A DNA stretch of 61,104 bases from Candidatus Omnitrophota bacterium (lineage in GTDB: Bacteria; Omnitrophota; Gorgyraeia; Gygaellales; Profunditerraquicolaceae): positions 1 to 61,104 of the forward strand of contig JBDRKE010000016.1 of NCBI GenBank assembly GCA_043814315.1, given 5' to 3'. Below are positions 18,898 through 28,319 of the stretch, in pieces. Under the pieces are notes generated by a model, which was given only the letters and a program-made list of their open reading frames with translations, did not search any database and was not told the DNA's origin. The position numbers were made by a program, and so were the translations under genes. Within the stretch, counting starts at the first letter, position 1. The number at the start of each line of letters is the position of its first letter.

Positions 18898-19000
18898 GAG
18901 AGCGCTTAAAAATTCTTAAAAACTATATCAGCGCTCTCTGATTACACAGATTATTTAAGATTACAAAGATTATCTCGTAGCAGATTTAATCTGTGTAATC
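18898..19000. repeat. Family-B module, copy 1: 9-bp-stem hairpin plus phased GATT boxes plus an inverted 13-mer
   Basis: gagagcgct-N23-agcgctctc (18898-18938); gattacacagatt (18940-18952); gattacaaagatt (18959-18971); aatctgtgtaatc (18988-19000). Positions 18898-18971 are near-identical to 26034-26107. Confidence 0.85.
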
Positions 19001-19025
19001 GGATGCCTGACACCGAGGGGGTATT

Positions 19026-19778
19026 TTATCTTAGGCGGTTTTTGAATTCACTCCAGGGAAAATAATTACCGGGGCATTCGGTCCTGGCTCCCGGCACCTG
19101 GCCGTGGCCCAGGATGCATTTGTCGGGAATCCTGTAGTATTTCTTGAGGGTATTGACAAGATAGACCAGGGAATCCATCTGGTTGCGTGAGACCCTTTCC
19201 TTGCTGAAGTTACCGACCAGGCAGATACCTATGCCTTTATGATTCATGCCGGCGGCCTTGCAGTGGGCACCGTCCTGCTGTTTGATCCAGCGCGGCGAAC
19301 TCTCTATCTGACCGTCAACTTTACTGGAACTGCCATTATCAATTACAAAGTGATAACCCAACCCGGCAAAACCGCGCCGGGAATGCAGATTATTTAAGGA
19401 AAGCGCGTCCCCGTCGTCCGTTGCGCTATGATGAATGATGATATACTTCCATTTATTGGAACGATATAGAGTGATAACCGGTTTTATGGGTGCGGCGCGG
19501 GGAATAACCAAACGCTGCCCCATTTCTAGTTCTTTGGGCCTGGCGATATTATTGGCCCGCATAATATCCGCTACTTTGACATCGTACATCTTGCCGATAC
19601 GCCAAAACGTCTCTCCCGGGGCCACCGTGTGAAAAACGTCATGGCGCACGATGGGCCCCGTAGGCACCGGATAAGCTTCTTTTACCACAGGGGCCGGAGC
19701 CTGGATAGGGGTTGTGGCGCAGGAACTTAATATCAGAGCCAAGCCTAAAATGAGTATCCAATAAACATATCTTTTCAT
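19026..19778 (-). CDS. Lipoprotein N-acetylmuramoyl-L-alanine amidase (amidase_2 type) with LysM domain
   Basis: Lipobox LILSSC; LysM segment (TVAPGETFWRIGKMY...GQRLVIP); IIIHHSATDDG amidase_2 signature. Start moved to MKRYVYW (ATG at 19778). Confidence 0.8.
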   Translation of the reverse strand: MKRYVYWILILGLALILSSCATTPIQAPAPVVKEAYPVPTGPIVRHDVFHTVAPGETFWRIGKMYDVKVADIMRANNIARPKELEMGQRLVIPRAAPIKPVITLYRSNKWKYIIIHHSATDDGDALSLNNLHSRRGFAGLGYHFVIDNGSSSKVDGQIESSPRWIKQQDGAHCKAAGMNHKGIGICLVGNFSKERVSRNQMDSLVYLVNTLKKYYRIPDKCILGHGQVPGARTECPGNYFPWSEFKNRLR

Positions 19779-19785
19779 AACAAAC

Positions 19786-20856
19786 CTAAATCCTTTCTCC
19801 GCTTCTGCCAAATAAGTAAGACTTGGCCTCCTCTATGGCCAATCGCACCAAGCTCTGCGGAATAACCGGCTCATCTACTTTTATGTTAATCTCGATCTCA
19901 GGATGAATCTTGATACGAGCATAAGTGACCTCTGCAATAGTCTCGGTAAAGACAACCTCTCCTTTTATGCCTGAGCGCGGGTCTATTTTTGCAGCGCTGG
20001 GCCTGAAGCCAAAAAAGATCTCCTGATCCACATATTTTTCAAGAATCCCTTGAGAATCTCCAGGCGCATCAAGAACCAACTCCTCCCTTACCAACTTGAG
20101 GGTGTTCTCTGCCTTTTTGACCTTAAGCCTCAATATGTTCATCGGGGGCGTACCGATAAACCCTGCGACAAAAAGGTTTGCGGGATCACTGTAAAGAGCC
20201 AGAGGTGTGGAAACCTGCTGAACCATGCCTCCTTTTAGAACCACAACCATCTCTCCCAAAACAAGCGCCTCCACCTGATCATGAGTGACGTAGATTATCG
20301 TCTTATGAAGACGCTGATGCAGCCTGATGAATTCCGAACGCAATTCCATGCGCAGCCGCGCATCCAGGTTGGAGAGGGGTTCATCAAAAAGGAAAAGTTG
20401 CGGGTTACGTACAATCGCCCGGCCCGTTGCCACGCGCTGCCTTTCTCCTCCGGAGAGTTCTTTAGGAAACCTGCTTAGCTTATCCTCTATGTTCAGGCTC
20501 CGGCTGACATTCTCCACTTTAGCCTTTATCTCCTGTGTTCCTTCTCCTCTGAGACGCAGGCCAAAGGCAATATTTTCAAAAACCGAGAGATGCGGATAAA
20601 GCGCATAGCTTTGAAAAACCATGGCCATATTTCTTTTTTGCGGGGCCAAGCCTGTTATATCCTTGTCTTCCGAAAAAATCTTCCCCTCGGTTACCTCTTC
20701 CAATCCGGCAATCAGGTTAAGCAACGTCGATTTTCCGCAACCTGACGGCCCCAGAATCACACAGAAAGTCCCTTCTTCTATTGCCAGATTTATTTCTGAG
20801 AGCGCTTTTGTTTTTCCGAACACCTTGGAGACATTTTCCAGACGTAGCGCAGGCAT
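19786..20856 (-). CDS. Sugar ABC transporter ATP-binding protein (MalK/UgpC-like)
   Basis: Walker A GPSGCGKST, signature LSGGERQRV, Walker B LFLFDEP, C-terminal regulatory beta domain. Confidence 0.9.
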   Translation of the reverse strand: MPALRLENVSKVFGKTKALSEINLAIEEGTFCVILGPSGCGKSTLLNLIAGLEEVTEGKIFSEDKDITGLAPQKRNMAMVFQSYALYPHLSVFENIAFGLRLRGEGTQEIKAKVENVSRSLNIEDKLSRFPKELSGGERQRVATGRAIVRNPQLFLFDEPLSNLDARLRMELRSEFIRLHQRLHKTIIYVTHDQVEALVLGEMVVVLKGGMVQQVSTPLALYSDPANLFVAGFIGTPPMNILRLKVKKAENTLKLVREELVLDAPGDSQGILEKYVDQEIFFGFRPSAAKIDPRSGIKGEVVFTETIAEVTYARIKIHPEIEINIKVDEPVIPQSLVRLAIEEAKSYLFGRSGERI

Positions 20857-20862
20857 AGACCT

Positions 20863-21681
20863 TTAACCTTTTATGGCGCCGGTAAGATAATCCGGCTTTA
20901 TGTATTTCTGCAAGGCCAATGTCAGAATCAGGACTGGCAGAGTAATTATTACGGCATACGTGGCAGAAGAAAAAATATCGCCCCGCGAGATATAGTAATA
21001 CATCTTAAGCGGCATGGTGGGCTTTGCCAAAGACAGATACGAAGCATAGACGAATTCATCCCAGGAAAGCAGAAAAGAAAATATTCCCGCAACGCTTATG
21101 CCGCCAAGCGTCAAAGGCATCACCACTCTTATAAAGGCTTTGACGCGGGAAGCGCCGTCGATAAAAGCCTGCCTTTCTAGTTCTGCCGGAAAGGCACAGA
21201 ATACGCCGACTAAGATAAAACAACTGATGGGAAGGATTCTCACCAGGTGTGCCAGAATCAAGCCCAGCGTCGTATCAAAAAGGCCTATTTTGATAAAGGT
21301 TATCGAAATGGGAAGCGCGATGCTGACTTCGGGAATCATGCGCGTCATGAAAATGAGCAGCACCAGGGCATATCTGATTCTGAAATGAAACTTTGAGATC
21401 GCATAGGCAGCCGGAACGCAAATGAGCAGGCTCAAGACACTCGTCAGAAATGCCGTGATAACGCTTTTTAAAAGCGGAGAAAGTAACGCCTGGCCCGAAG
21501 AAAAAATATCCCTGAAATGCTCCAGTGTCATATGCCGGATAAGATAAGGGGGTCTTGGCACAAAGATATCCTGCGGCGCGCTTATCGAGATTTTAAACAA
21601 GATATAAAGCGGAAATAAAAGGAGCGCGACAAAGATGAAAACAAGAAACCAGAATGCCGCTTGTTTAATGACTCGATTCAT
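20863..21681 (-). CDS. Carbohydrate ABC transporter permease
   Basis: Six-TM binding-protein-dependent transport permease profile with an EAA-like loop (FIDGASRVKAF). Confidence 0.85.
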   Translation of the reverse strand: MNRVIKQAAFWFLVFIFVALLLFPLYILFKISISAPQDIFVPRPPYLIRHMTLEHFRDIFSSGQALLSPLLKSVITAFLTSVLSLLICVPAAYAISKFHFRIRYALVLLIFMTRMIPEVSIALPISITFIKIGLFDTTLGLILAHLVRILPISCFILVGVFCAFPAELERQAFIDGASRVKAFIRVVMPLTLGGISVAGIFSFLLSWDEFVYASYLSLAKPTMPLKMYYYISRGDIFSSATYAVIITLPVLILTLALQKYIKPDYLTGAIKG

Positions 21682-22550
21682 GCGATAACCATCCCTCTCT
21701 TCCCCGCGACCCTGATGTAAATAAACACGGCTGCAAGAATCATAACCAGCAATATAACAGAACTGGCTGCAGACGTATAGGGATTATTAAACTCAGCATA
21801 TTCCAAATAGGCGTACGTGCCGATGACCTTCAGATTCTGGCCCATCAGGATTAAAGGAAGAGCAAAGATCCTGAAAGCATCTATCCCGCGGATAATCACG
21901 GCCGCCGTTATGGAAGGCATAAGCAAGGGAAGCGTTATTCTTCTAAAGATATAAAAAGTCCCTGCGCCATCCATGCGGGCTGCTTTGTAGAGCGAAGGAT
22001 CTATGGATTGAAGGCCGGCCAGAAGTATCAACATCACAATAGGGGTCACCTTCCAGGTATCCGCGAGGCTGACCATCATTAAAGACTTAAGGCCTCCTGA
22101 CATCCAGTAGATGGAGGATTGTATCAGGCCCGCATCCTCCAGTATGCGGTTGATCCAGCCGGAATTTGAAAAAAGATATCCCATGATCACGCCGACAACG
22201 GCCGTAGGGATAGCCAGCGGCAAAATAAATATCACCCGCAAAAAACGCAAAACCCTGGAAGTTTTAGAGAAAATCAAAGCCAATACAAGCCCCAACCCCA
22301 CCTCTAACATAAGACTGACCCCCGCAATAATCAAGGTATTGAAAAATGCATCCCTGAACGCCTTCTGGCTGAGAAGCTCACTATAGTGCGTAAGGGAAAG
22401 TTGAGCGTTCCCGCCCAAAGAGGCTGGGGCTTGAAAACTTAAAGTGATAACGCTTATAATCGGCACCAGCGTCAAAAACAAAAGAAAAATAATCAGCGGC
22501 AGAAGACATAGCACCTCGAAATAATATTTTTTTATAGCCCTATTCATCAT
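21678..22550 (-). CDS. Carbohydrate ABC transporter permease
   Basis: Six-TM permease with EAA loop (AARMDGAGTFYIFRRITLP). Confidence 0.85.
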   Translation of the reverse strand: MMNRAIKKYYFEVLCLLPLIIFLLFLTLVPIISVITLSFQAPASLGGNAQLSLTHYSELLSQKAFRDAFFNTLIIAGVSLMLEVGLGLVLALIFSKTSRVLRFLRVIFILPLAIPTAVVGVIMGYLFSNSGWINRILEDAGLIQSSIYWMSGGLKSLMMVSLADTWKVTPIVMLILLAGLQSIDPSLYKAARMDGAGTFYIFRRITLPLLMPSITAAVIIRGIDAFRIFALPLILMGQNLKVIGTYAYLEYAEFNNPYTSAASSVILLVMILAAVFIYIRVAGKRGMVIA

Positions 22551-23778
22551 AAAGAGATTTTTCTTTTCTTAGTTTCTCCTTGTAAATTTTAAGCGTTTCT
22601 TCAACCGGCGCTTTTTCAATGACGATTTCTCTGAAGGCCTCTGAAATATATTTTGCATACGCCGGCCACCAGGTGGCATTTTTTCTGAAAACACCGTGGC
22701 GAAGCGCTTCCTGCACAGCTTCAAAATACGGTTTTTGCCAAGTTTCTACTTGCGCGACCACATCTTCTCTTATGGAAGGCCAACCCAGTTCAGAAAGTAA
22801 AATCTCCTGCACGTCTTTGGACTGCACATAACGAATGAATTCAAGAGCCAGTGTTTTTTGCCGGCTGTTTTTAGGGATTCCAAAACAATCCCCTCCGATC
22901 ACATGATATTCTCCCTGGGGCCCGGCCCAGCCGCTGTAGGTTTTGATAAAGGGAAGCTGATACTCTTGAATCAGGATCGCGATCCCAAACGGCCAGTTCT
23001 GGGCAAGATAAGCCTGCTGCTGGCCGAGGATCTCATTGGTCGTGTCCCACTTAGCCCGACGGGATTCTTCTGATACGTACGGCCAGAGCTCCTGCAGAAA
23101 TTTAAAGGCTGCTATGCAGCCTGCGTCATCAAAATGATACGGATCCCCTCCTGCCTGAAGCACAAATTCATAAATTTGAGTTGCCGTAGGATTTCCGCCA
23201 AAGGCCTTTAAGAGAACCCGGCCCTCGCCCTCCTGTTCTTTGAATTTCCTGGCGACATCTAAAAGCTCCTCCCATGTCGCGGGAATTTGTAAGTTGTATT
23301 TTTCAAAGGCTTCGCTATTGTAATAAACAATCTGGACATTGGGCCGAAAAGGCATAAACATCAGTCTTGCGTTAAACTTGCATGATGTTACAAGATTAGG
23401 CAGGGTCTGTTGAGGTATCCGGGATTCGTATTCTGAAAGGTCTAAAACCAAACCTTTATTAATGAGAAGAGCCAGGCTCATATTGTCCTGGGCAAAAAGG
23501 TCTATCTTCTGTTTACCGGCAGCCTCCAATGCCTCAAGCTTTGTGGCGAGCTGGCCTGATTCAATCTGATACGCATGAATCTTTACATTGTGCTCTTTTT
23601 CAAAAGGCGGGAATATTCTCTCACGAAAGACCTTCCACTCATGTTCTGCGAGGCTCATGGTGAGAGTGAGGGTGCACAACTCTTTCGACTGGCTACAGCC
23701 GGCCAGGCATATGGTAAGAACGAAAATCAAGCCGCACTTAAGCCATTTGTTAACTGAAAATTGAAGCTTAAATTTCAT
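22540..23778 (-). CDS. Extracellular solute-binding lipoprotein of the sugar ABC system
   Basis: Lipobox LAGC; size and composition of family-1 solute-binding proteins. First gene of the transporter operon. Confidence 0.8.
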   Translation of the reverse strand: MKFKLQFSVNKWLKCGLIFVLTICLAGCSQSKELCTLTLTMSLAEHEWKVFRERIFPPFEKEHNVKIHAYQIESGQLATKLEALEAAGKQKIDLFAQDNMSLALLINKGLVLDLSEYESRIPQQTLPNLVTSCKFNARLMFMPFRPNVQIVYYNSEAFEKYNLQIPATWEELLDVARKFKEQEGEGRVLLKAFGGNPTATQIYEFVLQAGGDPYHFDDAGCIAAFKFLQELWPYVSEESRRAKWDTTNEILGQQQAYLAQNWPFGIAILIQEYQLPFIKTYSGWAGPQGEYHVIGGDCFGIPKNSRQKTLALEFIRYVQSKDVQEILLSELGWPSIREDVVAQVETWQKPYFEAVQEALRHGVFRKNATWWPAYAKYISEAFREIVIEKAPVEETLKIYKEKLRKEKSLYDE

Positions 23779-23826
23779 TAATTCCTATTATATACAAGAC
23801 CTGCTTAAATTCAAAGGAAATTAAGT

Positions 23827-23876
23827 AAATGGGGCCATCATTATTTTTGAAAAAATAAAGCTGGCCCCATTTTTAA
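23827..23876 (-). terminator. Hairpin after hflC (10-bp perfect stem aaatggggcc / ggccccattt)
   Basis: Stem at 23827-23836 and 23863-23872. A/T-rich runs on both sides, so it could act on either strand. Confidence 0.55.
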
Positions 23877-23889
23877 GAAACGCAAAGTA

Positions 23890-24843
23890 TTACTTTAGTG
23901 TCTTAAGGAACTTATAGTAGTCGCTATCTGTCGTCAGAATGACGGTAGATTTATCGTCAATGGTATTCATGTAGCTTTCCATCGTCTTCAGGAAAGCATA
24001 GAATTCGGGATCCTGACTATAGGCCTGGCCGTAGATGCTGACTGCCTCGGCATCTGCCTTACCGGTAATGATCTGGGCTTTGCGGTATGCCTCAGAGGTG
24101 ATTTGCTTCAATTCCTTGGCTACCTGGCCCTGAATCTCCGCGGATTTACCCTGGCCTTCGGAGCGGTATTTCTCTGCGGCGCGCTTACGTTCGGAGATCA
24201 TGCGGTCATAGACTTTATTACGCACATCTTCTATGTAATTGACGCGTTTGATGCGCACATCTATAATCTCAATCCCGTATTGAGGAGCCAGGGACTTGGC
24301 CCTCTCCAATATGGCGCGCGTCAGCTTATGTCTTCCTACCGCAATGCGCTCCAGCGCCTCCTCCGTAACGATCACATCCTCCCCCTCTTCCTTTTCCTCT
24401 AAGATACGGTTGGTATTTCTTACGGTTTCAACCAGCAGATGACTGGTTACCGCATCTCTGGTCGCAGAATTGATGATATCATCCAGCCGGCTCTGGGCTC
24501 CGAGCTCATTACCCATGGACTGCAAGAACTTGAGGGCATCCGTTATCTTCCAGCGCGCCATAGTATCCACCCAGATATATTTCTTATCCTTAGTGGGAAT
24601 CTGGTTGGGGTCTCCGTCCCAGTCCAGAAGCCTCTTTTCAAAAAAGTGCGCCTGTTGGATGAACGGTGTTTTAAAATGCAATCCGGCTGACGCAAGCGTC
24701 CCACCTACGGGTTTACCGAATTGGGTGATCACCACCTGCTGTGTTTCATCAATGATAAACAGCGTTCCGCTGACAAGGGCCAGCAAGATCAGTGTGATGA
24801 ATGCGATAACGATTCCTGCTACGATTGACCATTTACCTTTCAT
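23890..24843 (-). CDS. hflC: HflC (SPFH/band-7 protease modulator)
   Basis: N-terminal TM helix and SPFH domain. Paired with hflK across a 2-bp gap. Confidence 0.85.
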   Translation of the reverse strand: MKGKWSIVAGIVIAFITLILLALVSGTLFIIDETQQVVITQFGKPVGGTLASAGLHFKTPFIQQAHFFEKRLLDWDGDPNQIPTKDKKYIWVDTMARWKITDALKFLQSMGNELGAQSRLDDIINSATRDAVTSHLLVETVRNTNRILEEKEEGEDVIVTEEALERIAVGRHKLTRAILERAKSLAPQYGIEIIDVRIKRVNYIEDVRNKVYDRMISERKRAAEKYRSEGQGKSAEIQGQVAKELKQITSEAYRKAQIITGKADAEAVSIYGQAYSQDPEFYAFLKTMESYMNTIDDKSTVILTTDSDYYKFLKTLK

Positions 24844-24845
24844 CT

Positions 24846-25838
24846 TTATTCGCCCCCTTTCTGGCCGATCTTAAGCAGCGGCAAGATCGAAGATTCTCTC
24901 GGATCAAGAATATACTTCTCTTTGGCCTTGGGAAGAACGTTGGTTAATGTCTCCAAATACAATCTCTTTTTGGTGATTTCAGGAGCTTTTTTATACTCCG
25001 CAAGCGTTGCCAGGAATCTCTCGGATTCTCCTTTGGCGCGGTTGACCTTATCCAGGGCATAGCCTTCTGCTTCGCGTATCGTCTTTTCCGCTGTACCTCT
25101 GGCTTTGGGTATGACTTTATTGTAAGCCTCCCAGGCCTGATTGATCAGCTTTTCTCTTTCCTGCTTGGCTTCATTCACTTCATTAAAGGCAGGCTTGACT
25201 TTTTCAGGAGGGTTGACATCCAACAGTTTCACCGTCACAATGTGCACGCCTGTCTGATACTCATCCAAAACCTTCTGCATCTCCTGCTGGGCCAAATGGT
25301 CAACCTCTTCCCTCTTTGTGGTCAAGACCGAATCCACGCTGTAATCCCCCACAAAGCGGCGCATCACCACCTCTGAGATATCCCGGATATTATCCCGCGG
25401 GTCACGCACGGCAAAAAGCAATTTGACCGGGTCTTTTATCTTGAATTGCACAATCCAGCGCACATCCAGAATATTAAGATCCCCGGTCAACATCATGGAT
25501 TCATCCACATAACTTCCAGAATAGTCCCGGCGCTGGCCAGGCACGGAGGTCCTGGTGCCGAAGTCTTCCTTGAAGATCTTCTCGACTTTTATCGGGGTGA
25601 CCCTGTCAATGCCGAAAGGAATCTTCGCATGCAGGCCGGGTGAGCTCTGTCCTATGTATTTTCCGAATCTCTGAATGACACCTACCTCATCAGGGCCAAT
25701 AGAATAGATAACGCCCCTTAAGCCTATGAGGAGAAAGAACCCCAGGATAATCCAGGGAAACATCCTCTTATACCTGCCAAATTTTTTCTTTCCTACATCA
25801 ATAATTTCCTCGGGACTGGGAACATTCTGCCATTCCAT
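24846..25838 (-). CDS. hflK: HflK (SPFH/band-7 protease modulator)
   Basis: TM helix plus SPFH domain. Start placed at MEWQNVP (ATG at 25838), which has GGAAAGGAG upstream. Confidence 0.85.
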   Translation of the reverse strand: MEWQNVPSPEEIIDVGKKKFGRYKRMFPWIILGFFLLIGLRGVIYSIGPDEVGVIQRFGKYIGQSSPGLHAKIPFGIDRVTPIKVEKIFKEDFGTRTSVPGQRRDYSGSYVDESMMLTGDLNILDVRWIVQFKIKDPVKLLFAVRDPRDNIRDISEVVMRRFVGDYSVDSVLTTKREEVDHLAQQEMQKVLDEYQTGVHIVTVKLLDVNPPEKVKPAFNEVNEAKQEREKLINQAWEAYNKVIPKARGTAEKTIREAEGYALDKVNRAKGESERFLATLAEYKKAPEITKKRLYLETLTNVLPKAKEKYILDPRESSILPLLKIGQKGGE

Positions 25839-25881
25839 AAAGCGTCTCCTTTCCTTGGGGCGGCACTTTAGTGACGCCCTA

Positions 25882-25924
25882 TAAAACAAAAAGCCGACAC
25901 CTGCTTATTTATGCAGATGGCGGC
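25882..25924 (-). terminator. Terminator-like hairpin plus U-tract in the hflK upstream region
   Basis: Minus strand reads GCCGCCAUCUGC-AUAAAUAA-GCAGGUGUCGGC followed by UUUUUGUUUU. Lies between the predicted promoter and the hflK ATG. Confidence 0.5.
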
Positions 25925-25993
25925 CCGACCATCCGTGTTACCCTTCAGAAAAAAATCTTTCCGAACCCAAACATATTACATAACCCATCAATT

Positions 25994-26022
25994 ACTATAA
26001 TAAGTTTTGGGCTTCTTGTCAA
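25994..26022 (-). promoter_or_regulatory. Sigma-70-type promoter upstream of hflKC
   Basis: Minus strand: TTGACA (26022-26017), 17 nt, TATAGT (25999-25994). Confidence 0.55.
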
Positions 26023-26033
26023 GCACAATCGGT

Positions 26034-26107
26034 GAGAGCGCTGAAAAATTCTTAAAAACTATATCAGCGCTCTCTGATTACACAGATTATTTAAGATTAC
26101 ACAGATT
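26034..26107. repeat. Family-B module, copy 2 (hairpin plus four phased GATT boxes)
   Basis: gagagcgct-N23-agcgctctc (26034-26074); gattacacagatt twice (26076-26088 and 26095-26107). Two mismatches versus copy 1. Confidence 0.85.
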
Positions 26108-26257
26108 TTCCGTCAATCTTGATACGTTGGCGGCGCAGGTATACGCCGCTTCCTTCGGCAAGCTCAGGACACTTCGCTGAAGGACACTGAGCGAAAGCGA
26201 AGTGCTCAGCATCACCCTACAGCATACCCTTAGTCTTCAGGCCGGGGAATCGGAGGG

Positions 26258-26791
26258 TTAATTTTTCCGGGAAAGAGGCCTCTGATTCAACTCTAAAAAC
26301 TCGAAGTTCTCTATTTTCATTCGCGTAAAGTCATTGAATTTCAACAACAGGGTATATTCTCCTTCAGTATCTTTATGCTCGCAAATACGCTCCACTGTCG
26401 CATCAAAGGAAAGAGCGCTTTTAGGGCTGAGTTTATAGGGCCACTGAATCACAACAGGGCTACCTCTTAGTAATGGCTCTTTTGTTTTACAAAGAATGCC
26501 TAGGCCGCTGACATCAACCGTCTTGACCGGAAAAACCGCATTCCCGTACGTTAAAGCCGCAGTGCTTCTTAAGGGAAAACGGCGATACTTACGCTGCTCC
26601 AAAAGAACTTTTTGGCCTTTTATATCCACAGCATGGACTTTTCTCCAGGCTTGACCGTATTTAGTAATCCAATCGAGGGCAGCCGTGCCAAACCCGATCT
26701 CCCGGCCTGCCTTTTCACTTTCAATCCACTGGTGCTTTCTGATTTCAGAAATCACCCTAGGGTCCCTCAAATAAGGATATTCTTTCTTCAC
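26258..26791 (-). CDS. PilZ-domain (c-di-GMP-binding type) protein with an N-terminal KHQWIESEKAGREIG module
   Basis: RKYRR (RxxxR) and DVSGLG (DxSxxG) PilZ motifs. GTG start with AAAGGAGG upstream. The N-terminal module resembles the DUF4032-type helix motif; this is from memory and unverified. Confidence 0.65.
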   Translation of the reverse strand: MKKEYPYLRDPRVISEIRKHQWIESEKAGREIGFGTAALDWITKYGQAWRKVHAVDIKGQKVLLEQRKYRRFPLRSTAALTYGNAVFPVKTVDVSGLGILCKTKEPLLRGSPVVIQWPYKLSPKSALSFDATVERICEHKDTEGEYTLLLKFNDFTRMKIENFEFLELNQRPLSRKN

Positions 26792-27122
26792 CGTGGCCTC
26801 CTTTTCTCTTTTCTTTTAGGAAATTGAGATAAGTGTTTGAAGAATTTTAACGTTAATGAAACAACTCTGATGCGCTCGGTTTCCGTAAACGAATGGGTTA
26901 ATACGGAATGTCAGGAAAGGTTGTTACCATGAAATGACTTCATTGGAATTTCAGAAGAGGATAACTTTTGATTATGAAGCCGCACCCAAAAAAATCTTTA
27001 ATATTCTATTCTATGGATTAAAAAGCCATCATCCGTCATCGTCATTTCCATTTTTTAAAAAGAACGGCAGTAATAAAATAATTTTACTGACATTTAATTT
27101 TATGTCAAGAGAAAATTTTTTT

Positions 27123-27545
27123 TCAATGCGACAAATAATTCCGTAACTCTTGTGAGGTTTTTCTGCCTATTATGCCGTCCGCCTTTAGGCCGCGGGCTTT
27201 CTGAAAGGCCCTGATGGCCTCTCTTGTCTTGGGGCCCATCTGCCCGTCAACGGCACCTTTATAATAACCGGCATTCTTTAAAGCCGCCTGTATCTGCCGT
27301 ACGGATAACGGCGCCTCGCTAGAGCTTCCTGTCTTTGACTTATAAGAACCGGACGAAAAACCCTGAGTTTTTCTTAATCCGCCTTCTAGACTGCTGATTT
27401 CCTGATCTTTTTTCTGCAATTCGCTCTCAAGGAGACTGATGCGGCCTTGAAGTTGCTGCACTTGATCAGATGATTTTTTATGCGTACTCGCGCAACCTGA
27501 CAAAAGTAAAACCAGGCAAAACAGAAACAATAACCTTAAAGCCAT
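27123..27545 (-). CDS. Lipoprotein with coiled coil and a C-terminal PG_binding_1-type peptidoglycan-binding domain
   Basis: Lipobox LLSGC; IQAALKNAGYYKGAVDGQMGPKTREAIRAFQKARGLKADGIIG. Confidence 0.75.
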   Translation of the reverse strand: MALRLLFLFCLVLLLSGCASTHKKSSDQVQQLQGRISLLESELQKKDQEISSLEGGLRKTQGFSSGSYKSKTGSSSEAPLSVRQIQAALKNAGYYKGAVDGQMGPKTREAIRAFQKARGLKADGIIGRKTSQELRNYLSH

Positions 27546-27638
27546 TCCTCCTCCTTTTTTAGTCTTTTTAGGGCGTCACCCCCTGCCTGCCGCCCTTTAT
27601 AATCTATTCTAAAATCACTGTAATCAACAGCCCTCTAG

Positions 27639-28319
27639 CTAATTTCGTGAAGGGCTGTAGTCTTTTAAATAAGCGCTTAACTCCTGCCATGTCTTGTCTC
27701 CGACAATACCGTCGGCAGAGAGCCCTTTGGATTTCTGGAAAGCCTTTATGGCCTGCTGTGTCGAAGGGCCGGCCTTACCGTCAATTTCCCCTTTATAAAA
27801 TCCGGCTTTGCTTAAAGCCGATTGTATCTTTTTCGTCCTGCTTTTGGACTGCAGGCGGTATCCCATGATTTCATCCTCAACCGCGCTTTTCTTTTTATTT
27901 GATGCCGCGATAGATTTAGTATCGGATTTCGGTTTCTTGACAATATCTTTTTCTCCAGCCGCCGGATTTCTGCCTGGGGGGGGCGGATTTTCTTTTATCC
28001 TATTGAGAGTCAAATGTGTTTCCTGGTTAATCTTGCCCGTGGGCTTTAATCCCTTGGCTTTCTGAAAGGCTTTGATAGCCTGACGGGTCTTCTCCCCCAT
28101 GATGCCGTCAAGGGCCCCCGCATAAAAACCGCTTTCTTTCAAAACATGCTGTATCTCTTTGACGCGGGGATTGAATCCAGAAAAACGGCCTATGATCTGC
28201 TCTTCCTTTACGCCAGCCTTATTCCTATCAAATAAGCTGCTTGCGCGCTCTTTAGCGAAAGCGACAAAAAGAACGAGTATCAGTAAAACCAGCATTATTA
28301 TTCCCAGTGCTTTTATCAT
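27639..28319 (-). CDS. Membrane-anchored protein with two PG_binding_1 domains
   Basis: N-terminal TM helix and two copies of the xxGFYxGxxDGxxGxxTxxAIKAFQKxKGLxxxG motif. Confidence 0.75.
   Translation of the reverse strand: MIKALGIIMLVLLILVLFVAFAKERASSLFDRNKAGVKEEQIIGRFSGFNPRVKEIQHVLKESGFYAGALDGIMGEKTRQAIKAFQKAKGLKPTGKINQETHLTLNRIKENPPPPGRNPAAGEKDIVKKPKSDTKSIAASNKKKSAVEDEIMGYRLQSKSRTKKIQSALSKAGFYKGEIDGKAGPSTQQAIKAFQKSKGLSADGIVGDKTWQELSAYLKDYSPSRN

Noticed and set aside
26110-26257. GC-rich stretch (ggcaagctcaggacacttcgc...gcgaagtgctcagc) downstream of the PilZ gene as an RNA gene
   Set aside because: It has short inverted repeats (gcgaag/cttcgc) but no recognisable tRNA or known ncRNA architecture. 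I could not support a call.
26792-27122. c-di-GMP riboswitch in the long region upstream of the PilZ gene
   Set aside because: The region is AT-rich and lacks the GC-rich conserved helices and tetraloop-receptor features of GEMM-type riboswitches.
26934-27146. 70-aa plus-strand ORF in the AT-rich gap upstream of the PilZ gene
   Set aside because: It has no RBS and an odd composition. It overlaps the end of the PG-binding lipoprotein gene and is the only plus-strand candidate in 61 kb.
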